Source: Octopus vulgaris
Lineage: Eukaryota
Direction of reading: 5' to 3'
Length of the DNA stretch: 64,000 nucleotides
Assembly (NCBI GenBank): GCA_951406725.2
Contig: OX597815.1
Location: forward strand, 195,610,001 to 195,674,000
The position numbers were made by a program, and so were the translations under genes. Of the stretch, positions 11,773 through 25,406 are shown piece by piece (within the stretch, counting starts at the first letter, position 1; every line of letters starts with the position of its first letter). The notes under the pieces were generated by a model. The model searched no databases and was not told the DNA's origin. It saw only the letters and a list, made by a program, of their open reading frames with translations.

Positions 11773-13304
11773 ATAAATTACTTTGTTTATAAAACCACAT
11801 CTTAATTTTAATTTTAAAAGAAATTACAAAAATACCTAGACTACTGTTTGATCAACACAGCATATTTTTTTGAATAGTATATTTGCATTATATCTCTATA
11901 CATTTCTTGTATGTTTTCCCACTGCCAATTGTTGAGTTAAATTAATGTATATACTTAACGATTTGCATGCATAAAAAAATGAATATATGTTTCTGTCCTT
12001 TCGTTTCTTCTATTTAATTCTAGTTTAATTTGCTTCTGCTTTGTCTGTTCCTTCAGCATCTACAAATCACTATTATTTGAGGTTTAACGTTGGTTTTGGT
12101 AGTCGTATTTCCTCTATGTATTATAAGATGTCAAATGGCTATATTTTTAATGCAGCAAATTGAAAATCAAAATGTTGTCATCAATGATCATTGATACAAG
12201 ATTCATGTACCGAGGCTAACGAAATATAATGTTTTACTTATAGATATGCATAGTTTGACTTCTTGGAGGTTTGCTCTTATATCTAAAACGAATAGAGACT
12301 ATCAAGGGGACTGGCCTTTGTCATCTGGTATTAGCATGTGTCACTATTTTTTCCTTTTCTTTTGATGAAAATAGTGTTAATGCTGTTTCCTTTGCGACGA
12401 TTATATCAACCTTGAGGCAACCGGACTTTTGCAAACAATCAAACCACATGATACATTTTTGAAGTGACAACGAATAGCAATAAAGGGGACCGTATTTAAA
12501 TATATGCGTATGCATGTGTTTGTCTGCAAGTCTCTGTGTATGTGTCTGTTCATATCTTTGTCTCTGTATTTGTATGTAAGAATGTGTGCGTGCTTTTGTA
12601 TTACTGCTTCACTTCAACAATTAATGAGAAATTAAATACAAAATATATATATATATATATATATCAAGAAGCTTTTAATTAAATGGTACTTTAGAATTCT
12701 TTAGTTTCACAGCAAGACATCTTGACAAACGTTAGTATTTTAAGCATTTCATATTGGCTGCAATTTCATTAAAAATTTAAGCACAGAAAAGAAAATAACA
12801 AGAGATTAAAACAAAAAATGTAGCAAAGAAACCACTAGAACAAAGAATAAACATAAATACGGAATACAAAAATAATTAATTACTGAAAATTTTCCGAGAT
12901 GAGATCGAAAGGAAATAACTATAAAACTCAATTACAATATAGACTTATTAATCAAATAGATAATTGACTTTATTCTTGCTTTGGCGTCGGATATATTAGA
13001 TGCCGTGTAGACAATGTCACTACTTCAGTTAGCAAACATACTGACAAATATAACAGTGAAATTTTATTCAACCAGGAACAATGCAGCAACTATGAAGGTC
13101 ACGTACAATTTTCGGTAAGTCGGCAACTGATAAGTTAGACAATGGCGGCTCTTTATGTGAAAACATTTCCATTGAAGTGAATGTTGGATGAAAACAAATG
13201 AAAGTCTCTTATATGAATATATGTTACATTTCGGCGGAGGTAACTTAAATGAGTCCTCCTATTCATTAAACATAATTATGTGAAAGTTTTCTCTATTTTT
13301 ATCT

Positions 13305-13402
<98 letters not shown>

Positions 13403-13410
13403 CACACAAA

Positions 13411-13514
<104 letters not shown>

Positions 13515-13589
13515 CATTTATATATAAGTCTGAATATATATAAATACATATATATATATACATACATATAAATATGTATATACCCATAC

Positions 13590-13644
<55 letters not shown>

Positions 13645-14239
13645 TACACATACATACATACATATAATGCGTGAGCAAAAACAAGGAGTATACTCTATAG
13701 CAATTTACTATGCTACGTCTAATCTGTACTACCCCTTAGCAATGTGCGCTATATTCATCATGAAAGATTTATTAGCCCACATTGTGAGGTTGCTTGTAAA
13801 TAAAGTAAGCAATTATTAAGTGATGACTGTTTTATTAGCTCATTAGTGTGAGCTCCCTGTGAGTATCGCGTGGAGAAGTATATGCGATGACAGATAGATC
13901 GGAATTTGATACGCCTCGATAAAATCTTCTAGTGTTGGTCAATATACGACATAGGTTATGAAGCTAATACATACACATGCACACACGCATAGGTATATAC
14001 AAGCACACTCATGCGCCTATATATATATAGGATGCAAAGGATTTGCACCTACACCACTACCATATCACCTACACCATAGGCATATACAGGTGCTTACAGT
14101 TATCAAGTATTCACCCTGAATTTTTTGTACCTATATATATATATATATTGTTGAGAACAATCTCTTTGTGGTAAGGCGAATTGACGTCTATTTCTAGCGC
14201 ATAGTAATCCACTTTAGTGGTCATTCCTCCTATTAATTG

Positions 14240-14294
<55 letters not shown>

Positions 14295-14436
14295 GGAAGA
14301 CAGAGAGAGAGAGAGGGGGAGAGAGAGAAAGAAGAGAAGCGAATAGAAGACAGGATGCAAAATAACTGTACCTATTTTAACAGTTGATAGGCTACTGAAT
14401 TTCTACTTCCGTTTTAGATTTAAAAGTTGAGAAATA

Positions 14437-15830
14437 ATGAAGGAAGACAGACTACGAAATGAGCAAACAAAATTTGTCTTGTATCGGAGATTTAACGCGC
14501 AGTCGACGTAACAGGTTTGCGATGAAATTTAAAATAAATTCACAAACCTGACTTGCCTCCGTGCGATTTAGAGTTACGTTAGAAGCACATGGAAATACTG
14601 TGAATGTCTACAAGATATATACCAGATGACAGCTGTCGGCAACGTCCTCTACGGAGCAAGGAACATGATAACAAACATATTTACAAAGTTCAAGTAAATC
14701 AGTTTAGCTAACGACAGACGAGACAGAAATTTCAAAATAAAGCGGACATAGGGTTTTAATAGGCTGCCATTCATAGTGTTACATTTCAAGAATAATCAAT
14801 GCTCTGAATGAAAATGAACAATCCCGAAGAGAGTTTATTAGCAGTACAATCTTCCAAAAAGTTTTTGCAATAATGATATAAATAAATAAAATAAACGGGC
14901 CTTTTTAAAGCCTAGCCAGGCTCATGGGCCCGGTTTCCCGGTTTCAATGGCATATGTGTTCCCCAGCTGGATTGGACGCCAGGCCATCGCAGCGTTGTTC
15001 ATTTTTGCCAGTTGAGTGGACTGGAGAAACCTGAAATGAAGTGTTTTGCTCAATAAAACAACGCGTCTCCCGGTCCAGGAATCAAAACCACAATCTTACA
15101 ATCATGATGCTGACACCCTAACCCCTAAGCCACGCGCCTTCACAAAATAAATGCGTCCTTTTAAAGCCTAGCCAGGCCTTTGAGCCCGGTTTCCCGGTTT
15201 CAATGGCGTATGTGTTCCGCATGCTGGACGGGACGCCAGTCTATCGAAGCGTTACTTATTTTGGCCAGCTGAGTGGACTGGAGCAACGTGAAATGAAGTG
15301 TTTTGCTCAAGAACACAACGCGTCGCCCGGTCCAGGAATCGAAACCACAATCTTACGATCATGATGCTGACACCCTAATCCCTAAGCCACGCGCCTTCAC
15401 AAAATAAATGCGTCCATTTAAAGCCTAGCCAGGCCTTTAAGCCCGGTTTCCCGGTTTCAATGGCGTATGTGTTCCGCATGCTGGACGGGACGCCAGTCTA
15501 TCGCAGCGTTACTTATTTTTGCCAGCTGAGTGAACTGGAGTATCGTGAAATGAAGTGTTTTACTCAGGAACACAACGCGTCACCCGGTCCAGGAATCGAA
15601 ACCACAATCTTGCGATCATGATTCTGACGCCCTAACCACTAAGCCACGCAACTCCACTGCAATAATGATGCTACATTTAGATTACACTACTCGATAAAAT
15701 ACAGCTATTGCACCTACTGGGTGCAATTAACACGTAATTGAGACAATTAGTTATGCTCAGCTTCAAGAGAGTTTTGAAGATGAGGAATTTTATTTCCAGC
15801 AAGATGGTGTACCCCTAAATTCCATGTTCG
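14437..15830 (+). pseudogene. Degraded Tc1/mariner-superfamily transposase (DUF4817-type N-terminus) split by a SINE trimer
   Basis: Fragments LEAHGNTVNVYK and ETEISK precede the SINEs; FEDEEFYFQQDGVP (FQQDGAP-like) follows them. Confidence 0.6.
14878..15657 (-). mobile_element. Tandem trimer of tRNA-derived SINE family C (MetaSINE/V-SINE-like body)
   Basis: Three ~257-bp units (14878-15143, 15144-15400, 15401-15657) inside one TSD tgcaataatgat (14866-14877 and 15658-15669). Confidence 0.92.
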
Positions 15831-16274
15831 TTCGTCAAATTGGCGCATCAATATAAATACTCGCTGTTTAACTGGACCCCACAATATTAGACACGTTTTA
15901 TGCGAATAGCGACGAATTAAGTGCAGTCATAGATTGACAGTGTGCACAAATAAACAACGAAATATCGAAGTACACCAATCGGGATATTTTTTATCGTACT
16001 CATTACTAATATTTCTAATATCATCTAACATTGGCTAATTCATAACAAGTCCACAGAAATCGATACGATCATTTACATATTAACAGAAAAAATTCCTCTT
16101 TCATTCTTCTTAATCATTAACTCTATATGATCCTTTCCCTTGCATTTCTGCGACTAAATAATTTCAGCCTATACGCATGAAGTACTTTTGTTAAATATAT
16201 CTCAGATTATATTAGAACAAAGAGAGATAACAAAGGAATAAATGACTATTTTATGAACTTCATTATATAATACA

Positions 16275-16657
16275 CTAGCAGTATCGCCCGGCGTTGCTCG
16301 GGTTTGTAAGGGAAATAACTATAAAGCATTTTTAGAGAGTTATAGCCAAAAAATAGCAAAAAAATTGCATTAAAAATGGAAAATAAATGATGGTAATTTT
16401 TTTTTTAAATCGTTGACTCATCGTAGACATTTTTAGAGAGTTACGTCCCTTATATAATAGCGAAAAGAATGCATTAAAATGGAAAAGAATGATGGTAAAT
16501 TATTTTTAAAATCGTAGACTCATCGTAGACGCGCGCTAGTACCCAGAAGGGCTCGATATGAATCACGACTATAAGATACCCGGTTTTGGTTAAACTGCAC
16601 CACAAAATGTGGGAATCGTAAGAGACAGACACGCAGCTTCACTTTTATATATAAAGA
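16275..16657 (-). mobile_element. Non-autonomous Helitron
   Basis: On the minus strand it starts TC (A|TCTTTATATATAAAAG) and ends with hairpin CCCGAGCAACGCCGGG plus CTAG|T; there is an internal repeat. Confidence 0.88.
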
Positions 16658-17435
16658 TATTCTGGAGAATACAGTCTGATTTGATTGAACTTTGACTGCA
16701 AGTCTTTTTTGAAGACGTATCATTGGAAACTGTATGGTATATATGTATGTATGTGAGTGTGAGTGAGTGTGTGCGTATGCGCGTGTGTGTGCATTGCGTT
16801 TGTGTGTGTCAGTGTGTTTGTTCACTTCTTGACAAGCATCCTCATAACTTAACTGTTCGGCCAAAAAGATTTACAGAATAGGTACCAAATTTTGAAAAAA
16901 ATTAAAAAATCCCATTGCGGTTTATTAAGAAACGTCAAGGTATTGTCCCGTCATGACCGCACGCAAATAACTAAAATGAAAAGATAACACACGCATGCGC
17001 AAACACACACACACACATACACACTGATGGATAGATAGATGTAAAATAGACACGTATACACGTTTATGATAAATATGTATGTTAGAATTCGTAAATCCTA
17101 ATTTTTGCTATGGCTGCTTAAGGTTGAAGGTGTATGTCACAGGCATGGCGATAATAAATGAAACCAAGTAGTTAGTTATGCAATTATATGGAATACGAAA
17201 ATTGGAATCTAAATTAATTCTATTAAACGTTTAATGAGGGGAGTCGTTAAAATTCAATTATATGAAATTATTCAAATACAATGTTACCAATAAGCGATTT
17301 GATCTTCACTGCAATACCATGTTTAAACCCCTTTAAATATTCAATTTTGCAGTATTAATTTTCATAATTGTCTTTTAAAATTTCCACCTGCTGACAAGCT
17401 CAAGCAAGAAGTAACGTATCAAGAGTATTAATAAA

Positions 17436-17475
<40 letters not shown>

Positions 17476-17482
<7 letters not shown>

Positions 17483-17752
17483 ATCACGTGACCGACCAGA
17501 CCATCAGATGTTGTTATACATCGCTGGTCACAATACGTTCGCATTGTTTTAGCCTTCGAATGACGCCACCCCGCTGGCTAAGCGAGCTGGCCAACAGAAG
17601 AAAGAGTGGTGAAAGAGTACAGCCGGAGCCTCGTGGAGCTTTTATAGGTGTTTTCGCTCAATAAACACTCACAACGACCGGTCTGGGAATTGAAACCGCG
17701 ATCCTGCGATCGCGAGTCCGCTGGCCTAACCACTAGGCCATTGCGCCTCCAC
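17476..17752 (-). mobile_element. SINE family B
   Basis: Reverse complement of the 6063-6357 family. Confidence 0.92.
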
Positions 17753-17766
17753 ACACACACACATAA

Positions 17767-17908
<142 letters not shown>

Positions 17909-18039
17909 CACATTACAAGCTGCTGATACTCCTACGGTTAAAAGACGAGATTTAATTTCATAACGAGACAAACATAAGGCAACATGAAAATATTCACATT
18001 CTATATTTTAGTCTCGATACAAAAGTACATATATATTTT

Positions 18040-19003
18040 TGCTCATCCAGCTCCTCTCAGAGATGTTCAACACAGATTAGCACAAGAGCTAATCAGGGAA
18101 ACATCACACAACATGGAAAGTTTGCAAGCAGTTGTCAATGAAAAAGCGCCAATTCTAGTACAGGAGCAAAATTGAGATATACTGGCAACTTTTTACATTT
18201 GTGGACAATAACACTAGTGGGGGTGTTCTCCTTAGATGCTCCTGGAGGCACAGGAATGACATTATTAATCAACCTGCTCCTTGTCACGGTGAGACAGAAG
18301 AAGAAGATTGCTCTGTTAGTTGCATCTTCTGGAATTGCAGCCACATTCCTAACAGGTGAGTGAACAGCCCAATCCACAATCAAGCTGACTCTGAACCTCA
18401 TCTAAAATGAATCTCCTTTATGCAACATATCCAAGAATACATCGTTAGCAAAGCTCCATACAAATGCGAAACGTTTTGTCTGGAATGATGCAACAATGTC
18501 CTTTAAGGCAGCCCTCGAAGCGCTTGGTAGAACACTACAAGATTTCAGAAACAATAAGATTATGGGCGGTGTCACCCTCCTCATGATACTGCTTGTCATT
18601 CCCAGAGGAACAAGGATAGATGAGCTGAGAGCTTGCATCAAGTCCACATATATCTGGCAACAGGTCAAGCAGCTTACTTTGATAACCAGCATGGGGGTTC
18701 ACGTTCATGGACAACCGTTAACCCCACAGCTCTCCAATAAGGTACTGACACTAGATCCTGAAGATAGTCTGCACCAGCACCCATGTAGCAATATGACTGC
18801 CTCCCTTGAAGAACTGAAGAGCAACGTGTTTCGAAACAAAGCCCCGAAATATAAAAGTCACAAATGGCTATGTTAAAGAACAATTCTGGCACCAAGAAAT
18901 GATGCTGCAGACATGTTGAATCTAAATTGGTTATTTCAGTTTCCCGAACCTGAATGTTCATATAGATCAATTGACACTGTCCCTGACCAAGGACAAGTAA
19001 CAC
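18040..19003 (+). pseudogene. Helitron Rep/Hel PIF1-like helicase remnant
   Basis: LDAPGGTGMT (Walker A, GGTGKT-like), VASSGIAATFL, VWNDATMS, LLVIPRGTR..ELRACIKS and TILAPRND, interrupted by stops. Confidence 0.9.
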
Positions 19004-19004
19004 A

Positions 19005-19190
19005 ACATGTTGTGTTCTGTACTCCAGGAAAAAATCCAGTGTAGTAGTTTTCCAGGGATTCCAACGTTTGACAATTTTGGTCTGAGCATATTTTGATCGA
19101 CTGTCAAAAGCGTAACTGAAGTCAAGATATATGACATCAGAGTTAGAACCTGATCCAAAGGCTTTACGGATATCATATAAGTATGTATGC
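19005..19190 (-). mobile_element. CR1/L2-type LINE RT fragment
   Basis: DVIYLDFSYAFDS followed, after a frameshift, by KLSNVGIPGKLLHWI...RTQHV. Confidence 0.8.
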
Positions 19191-19935
19191 ATTATTTATG
19201 TGTCATTGCATTTTATTTAGCTATTTATTTATTTACTAGTATCATTTCATGTTTAATCTTGTTCACTACTATGTTGCTTTGTCTTTTCCTCTTCATTTCT
19301 GTTCTCAACGACTTGGTTTATTACATCTTTCTCGAAATACGTGTAAAACACGTCACTGTGTGTCAGGCTTCAGATATCTCTGTAACAGAATGCAAAGAAT
19401 GAAATATGAATCTGACGATCCTGTCCGGTTTAATATACAAATGCACTTAGATTATTGAATGCTACGTTCTCTTTCTCCCCCATCTCTTCTCTCTCTCTTT
19501 ACACACACACATATATATATGAATGATCAATTTCTATTTTCTAAGATTTGCAATCACTTTTTTTTAGGCGGCATCTGTAATCGCTTAAAATATTTTCTGA
19601 GGCATGTACAACAAATTATTATGAATTATATTATATTACAACCACGCAGTGAAGCAGGCTAATATAACAATATCACATTCTGCTTTGATCTACTTTCAAT
19701 AAAGTTCTATATTAGTCTAAAATGCTTACACATCATATTCGGAATTAGCCTGGAAGAAAGCACAATAGATCAATCTCTGGAATTTTGTTTGTTCATTTTT
19801 AACATCCACTTCCTTTAGGAGATTTCTTCTTCAACAGTTTATATATGCACGCATTTGTGTATATGTGTATGTGTATATATATATACATACATACATATAT
19901 ACATATATATACATATATATATATATACATATATA

Positions 19936-19973
<38 letters not shown>

Positions 19974-20072
19974 TATATGTATACATATATACATATTATA
20001 TATGTATATATATATATATATATGTATACGGATACATATGTCTACGTATATAAACCTATGTATATTAATATA

Positions 20073-20155
<83 letters not shown>

Positions 20156-21019
20156 GTATATATATAGACGCGTACACACAGCTATATGAGTCAATGATTG
20201 TGTATGTGCATACCTACACTTGTATGTCTATCAGTTCTGCACTAAGACGAGATAGCATATGTAAAAAAACATAAACGAAAACAAAACTGCAGAGCATTTA
20301 AAGATATTTTAATGATTTTTTTTCCCCCATACTATGATGAACATGATAATCAATATTGAACATCACAGAGGAAATATCATGTTGCGTCTTGTGGTAAACA
20401 AAAAACAAAAATTTGTATTTTATGGTCTTTTTCGATTCTGTGTATTGGCAGATGCTTTTCGTAAGATATTTCATTAGTCGATTTTTTAACCACCGTCTAC
20501 CGACTTTCAAATATATTTTTTAAAAAACAAGAGAAACACTTATTGATCCTGAAGCGTACAACCTTTTGTTCGGTAATAATCAATTGGAATCTTTTCCTCC
20601 ATGCTTTGTGTAGCCTTTCGCCTTAGACACGGCAAATAAATTAGCTTGATTATGTATTAATACTGTTATCATTGTTTACATACATAAATGAATACGGGTG
20701 TGCATGCTTGTTTGTGGTTGTGTGTGATGTGTAAGTGCGCGTGTGTCTCTGTGTGTGCGCGTGTGATGGCTCTGAATGTAAATGAGGTATTGTGGTTCCC
20801 GTGTAAAATGTCTTGTACGTAGTATTTTAACTAGAAACACAAAGTTTATTTTTGTAATATGGTCATGCATATAAATGGAAAACATAAATATATCAATGAA
20901 ATAATCCGATTTGACAGGAGAAAACACAGAAAAATGTTAACGATGCATTTCGTTTATGTTTCTTCTTTCCTTTAATTTCTTCTGCCCATGATTGTAGCTA
21001 TTTTCTACCTTAGTAATGT

Positions 21020-21335
21020 TTTTTGTTTTGTTTTTTGTTCCTTCTAGAGCCATGCTTGGCTCATAAGGGCCGGTTTCCCGGTTTCTTTGGCGTATAGGTT
21101 CCCCACCTGCGACGGGACGCCGGTCCCTCGCAGGTGAGTTGCAAGATACAGGAGGAAAGAGTGAGAGAAAGTTGTGGCGAAAGAGTTTGCAGAAATTCGC
21201 CATTTCCTTCTGCCGGATAGGCGTGGAGCTTTGGTGTTTCGCTCATAAACACACACATCGCCCGGTCTGAGATTCGAACCTGCGATCCCTCGACCGCGAG
21301 TCCGCTGCTCTAACCACTAGGCCATGTGCATCCAC
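21020..21335 (-). mobile_element. Chimeric SINE (family B head and body, family C tail)
   Basis: Head as in 6063; tail ggccggtttcccggtttc as in 14878. Candidate TSD cttagtaatgt at 21009-21019 and 21338-21348. Confidence 0.85.
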
Positions 21336-21913
21336 AGCTTAGTAATGTGTCTAACGTTTCCTAGAAAAATTAGTGTAGCATTCTCTGCTAACTTGTATTT
21401 TTATCGCGATCAATAGCGATATTGTATAAATATTGTTACTTATACATCAACATATTAATGATCCTGGTGTGAAACCACTATGTTATTCTGTCACTGTAAT
21501 TTGAAAGCCTTGCAGTATTAATAACTATGACCCCAATCAGTCTGCTTCAGTATTATTAATACAATATCATGAATTAAATGGGAAAGTGAAATACTCAGTT
21601 GCGAAAAATGAATAGTTTTACTACTAAAATATTTTGAACAAAGAAGCTTATTTATGAAAGTGATCTATCACTTTACACTCTGTGCATGTATTTTTATATT
21701 TATGCATCATCCTACCTATGTCTCAAAGATTAGAATGCTTTTGCTACGGTTCTTTATCCCATTATTAAATCAACATTTCAGCTGTTCAAAAAGCTCTCCC
21801 CCTTTTCGATATGATATATTTAGTATTACATTTTCCGGTATCGGGATTATTTCATACACACGCACACACATGCGCGCGCGCACACACACACACACACATA
21901 CACATATACATAC

Positions 21914-21949
<36 letters not shown>

Positions 21950-22054
21950 TTAAAAGATGGGAAAGAGCAAATTATTTAATTCAGAAAATTTATTTTACCT
22001 ACAGACACATTCTCACGCACGTTCACGAATATGCATTTATGCATGGTATAGATA

Positions 22055-22119
<65 letters not shown>

Positions 22120-22120
22120 G

Positions 22121-22160
<40 letters not shown>

Positions 22161-22163
22161 CAT

Positions 22164-22249
<86 letters not shown>

Positions 22250-23252
22250 GTGTGCGTGTGTGTATGTGTTTGTCTGTGTGTGAGTGAAGAAACCGCGCTG
22301 TGTATACTATTGTCTCATATTATCTCGCTTGTATATTTTTAATATGTCTCTCATCCTTGAAAAATGTTGTATCTTAATGTTAATGTATTGTATCACTGTG
22401 CGAGAAATGCATTATCTTTAAGATAATCATAACAATTTTAATTTTATTAAGAAGCAGTATTATATAACTTATAGATGCTGTTAGATAAAATAAGTATGGG
22501 AACGGAATTTCGAAAATTCACTGTTAGTAGTTGACGTAGTTAGTAAACGAAAGCAACAGTATTCATGAAACGTGGGCGTAATCCATTGATCCGAATGCTT
22601 TGCATTTATTGATTACATAGCTAAATTTTCGTAAGTGACTCGTTCTTTGATGTAACTAGAATGCAATTTATTTCATAAGCTATTCCTGATATCACGACAG
22701 GTGAACGAGTCTATTTAGATTTGACGCAGATTGAAAAGGCTTTTTGCAAGGAGTAAGCCTAAAGCCGCTAGAGTTATCAGATTTAGACATGCAGTACTAC
22801 CAATCTAAAAAATTGACAGTGTAGAATAATAATTCCTATTCATGAAATCGGTTCAAAAGCACGTTATTCTCTAGGTTATATGAGCTTTTGTTTAAGGCAC
22901 AATATGTATGTGAAGACTTTTCTGTGTTAACAATAAAAAAATAAATTCGTATTGATTGTTCCTTTAAAAAATGCGTATAAAATCTCTCGTAAAACGTTGA
23001 GTTCAGTACTTAAAACAATATAAAAGGCAATGATATAGAAAGCTAATTAGAAAATGTTAGCAGCTTATTTATTTATTTATATATTTTTAATTGCGATCAA
23101 ACAAAAGAACGGGGATGTAAAGTACATGTGTGTGAATCTGTGTATATGAGTATGTTTAGACAGACGTAGAAATAGATGGATAAGATAAATCGATCGATCG
23201 AAGAATACATAGGCAAGTACAGAGACAGGCTGACAGACAGATTGATAGATAT

Positions 23253-23315
<63 letters not shown>

Positions 23316-23316
<1 letters not shown>

Positions 23317-23505
23317 GTGAGCTGGTAGAAACGTTAGCACGCTGGGCGAAATGCTTACCGGTATTTCATCTGCCGTTATGTTCTGAGTTCAAATTCCGCC
23401 GCGGTCGACTTTGCCTTTCATCCTTTTGGGGTCGATAAATTAAGTACCAGTTTCGCACTGGGGTAGATGTAGTCGACTTAATCCCATTGTATGTCCTTGC
23501 TTGAG
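23316..23505 (+). mobile_element. SINE family A (3'-truncated), after a (GATA)n tract
   Basis: Matches the family A head and body. Confidence 0.88.
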
Positions 23506-23820
23506 GACATACATATGAAACTCATTAAATTCATGTAAATAATGCGAGCCATATGCATTAAATATGTCCCAGAGACAGGAACCAATGCACACAAAAACAT
23601 CATTCCCCGAGACAGAAGAATACTCATGCGGCGGAGAATAAATATCTCGAATCGTTTAAACAAACACCTTAATTACAGTGTGATATCCCGGAACTCTTCG
23701 AGATAGAAAATGAACTCACCTATATATATATATATATATATGTGCATATATATACATGTGCATATATATACATGTATATGTGCGTGTGTATTTATGAATA
23801 TACATATATATGGATGTGTG

Positions 23821-23861
<41 letters not shown>

Positions 23862-24055
23862 GTTTAGCGTCCGTTTTCCATGTTAGCATGGGTTGGACGG
23901 TTCGACCGGGGTTTGGGAAGCCAGGAGGCTGTACCAGTCTCCAGTCTGATCTGGCAGTGTTCCTACAGCTGGATGCCCTTCATAACGCCAACCACTCCGT
24001 GTGTGTAGTGGGTACCTTTTACGTACCACTGGCACAGGGGCTAGAGGAGGCTGGC
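23821..24055 (-). mobile_element. RTE-associated 3' end or SINE with a (GAT)n tail
   Basis: (CAT)n followed by cgtttagcgtccgttttccatg...ggatgcccttcataacgccaacc, the RTE-tail-type motif. Confidence 0.65.
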
Positions 24056-24159
24056 AAGAATATTTGCGTATTATTACCTATATGTATCCACGTATTTTCA
24101 AATATAAAGCTATATACCCGGTTACTGAAGTGTATATTTTTTTTTTTTTTTTTTTTTTT

Positions 24160-24376
24160 GTACTTGTTTCAGTCATTTGACTGCGGCCATGCTGGAGCAC
24201 CGCCTTTTAGAGTGGTGAAAGAGTACAGCAGGGATCACCACCTCCTGCCGGAGCCTCGTGGAGCTTTTAGGTGTTTTTTTCGCTCAATAAACACACACAA
24301 CGCCCGGTCTGGGAATCGAAACCGCGATCCTCCGACCGCAAGTCCGCTGCCCTAACCACTAGGCCATTGCGCCTCA
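24160..24376 (-). mobile_element. Chimeric SINE (family B head, family D tail)
   Basis: Tail cttgtttcagtcatttgactgcggccatgctggagcacc as at 46321 and 61628, joined to a family B head. Confidence 0.8.
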
Positions 24377-25076
24377 TGTATATCTACATGAATTTTTGCA
24401 TTTTATTTCTTTAGTTTTGTATTTATTTTCTAAATGTCATGTAAGTGAGTAATTTATAATTTCGTCGTATTTCATCTTTGTTTAGCTATTCTAGTATAAA
24501 TAAATTAGTTGTTTTTGATGTTAAGAGATTCGCTAGCTTTACATATTTACATTATTTGAAATGTTGACTGTGTATATAATACCTACATTTTTTGTTTAGA
24601 ATTTTCAATAATTTAAATATTATTTGGTATAATGTTGCACGCATTCAACTGGTTATTATCTGAAGATTCATCTCCATGGAAACGTACGTAACATTACTCA
24701 CTCTAGTTCTCTGGTTACATTGCTCACTCTAGTTCCTCGTAGTTGTTGAACTTTGGATGTTCTTGTGTACACAGCCTATGCACCTACATCACGTGACCGT
24801 ATGCATACTAACATGTATACATTTTCTGATACGCATCAATACAAAATATATGTGTATGTGAGAGTCTTTATATATATATATATATATATATGAGTATACA
24901 TGTATTTCCCTTATAATCAGTAAAAGTTAGAGGGTCACTCAAGGGACGTGAATTTTGTACTATGCCTGAAAGTCTTGGTTCTGGATTAACACTCTAATTT
25001 CTGGTAATTGTGAACAAAATATAAATATATGGTCATGTCTTAGGATGCATTCCTCCTCGACTCTAGAAATCTATAA

Positions 25077-25112
<36 letters not shown>

Positions 25113-25141
25113 GGTATCCTGTATATATATATATCTGTATC

Positions 25142-25200
<59 letters not shown>

Positions 25201-25356
25201 CAACAATTGAGGGTAAAATTAATTAATTAATCAATTTCACCAAGTGTTCAGTATGCAAAGGGACCATTTAAGGCGAATTCAAATTATTACATTATATAAA
25301 AGGGCTTAGTAAAATATATAGTATGCGGCAAAGTAATTTATTTTACTAAGCCCTTT

Positions 25357-25405
<49 letters not shown>

Positions 25406-25406
<1 letters not shown>

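Noticed and set aside
13780-13951. TG...CA-bounded segment as a solo LTR
   Set aside because: No TSD, PBS/PPT or second copy is visible.
14878-15657. CRISPR-like or satellite array
   Set aside because: Units are whole SINEs with no unique spacers, in a eukaryotic context.
18813-18840. CTGAAGA...GAAAC hammerhead-like string
   Set aside because: Lies within Helitron coding sequence; no UH site and no stem I or III.
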